Positions 63,401 to 64,000 of a DNA stretch of 64,000 nt are shown in pieces. Each line of letters opens with the position of its first letter. Position 1 is the first letter of the stretch. Source of the DNA: Hemiscyllium ocellatum (Eukaryota); contig NW_026867498.1 of assembly GCF_020745735.1 (NCBI RefSeq), positions 310,001 to 374,000 of the forward strand. The letters are read 5' to 3'. The position numbers and the translations under genes were made by a program. The notes below the pieces were generated by a model. It was given only the letters and a program-made list of their open reading frames with translations. It was not told the DNA's origin and did not search any database.

Positions 63401-64000
63401 TCACACACGGGGGGGCAGTGTGTTTGAATAATCTATTTCTCTCACATGGGGGTCAGTGTTTCTGAATAATTTATTACTCACATATGGGGGGGCAGTGTGT
63501 CTGAATAATATATTTCTCACACACGGGGTCAGTGTGTCTGAATAATTTATTTCTCACACACGGGGAGGGCAGTGTGTCTGAATAATTTATTTCTCACACA
63601 CAGGGGGCAGTGTGTCTGAATTATATTTTTCTCAAACATGGGGGGTCAGTGTGTCTGAATAATTTATTTCTCACACACGGGGGCAGTGTGTCTGAATAAT
63701 TTAGTTCTCACACGGGGAGGCAGTTTGTCTGAATAATTTATTTCTCACACACGAGGGGTCAGTGTGTCTGAATAATTTATTTCTCACATACGGGGGGTAG
63801 TGTGTCTGAATAATTTATTTCTCACACACTGTGGGGGGGCAGTGTGTCTGAATAATTTATTTCTCACACACGGGGGGGTGTCAGTGTGTCTGAATAATTT
63901 ATTTCTCGCACACGAGGGGCAGTGTGACTGAATAATTTATTTCTCACACATGGGGGGCAGTGTGTCTGAATAATTTATTTCTCACACACAGTGGGGTCAG
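39430..64000 (+). repeat. Satellite of about 36-40 bp, consensus cagtgtgtctgaataatttatttctcacacacggggggg; over 24.5 kb, continues past the window end
   Basis: Invariant core of about 31 nt plus a variable G-run; about 640-650 monomers estimated from length; variant monomers recur in blocks. Confidence 0.97.

Noticed and set aside
39430-64000. CRISPR-like appearance (constant palindromic repeat of about 30 nt with variable intervening sequence)
   Set aside because: The 'spacers' are only 5-12 nt G-runs that recur many times. The context is vertebrate and no cas genes are present; it is a satellite.

Overview
Eukaryotic (vertebrate) genomic DNA. The degenerate CR1-type LINE fragments and the palindromic 'gtggtgctggaaaagcacagca' elements look like those of cartilaginous fish (sharks); this is inferred from recognition, not from a search. 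From 1 to about 30.2 kb lies the 3' part of a spliced + strand gene for a type I membrane protein. It has nine intact immunoglobulin C1-set exons in an alternating tandem array (A1-B1-A2-B2-A3-B3-A4-B4-A5, period about 5-7 kb, all phase 1-1, 2961 nt / 987 codons in total). These are followed by a transmembrane exon that is not of the Ig/TCR type, and by poorly resolved cytoplasmic exons. The leader and any V domain must lie upstream of the window. B-to-A introns are filled with a telomere-like G-rich 37-bp minisatellite. A-to-B introns hold (TCAC)n, a 52-bp minisatellite and CT-rich repeats. Downstream are C-rich low-complexity arrays, LINE and possible LTR fragments, a 222-N gap, a 29-bp satellite rich in GGGTCA direct repeats (36.6-39.3 kb) and a 24.6-kb satellite of about 38-39 bp with higher-order structure that runs off the window end. 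Almost all long ORFs in the supplied track are artefacts of stop-poor repeats. No prokaryotic features (CRISPR, operons, rRNA, tRNA) are supported.
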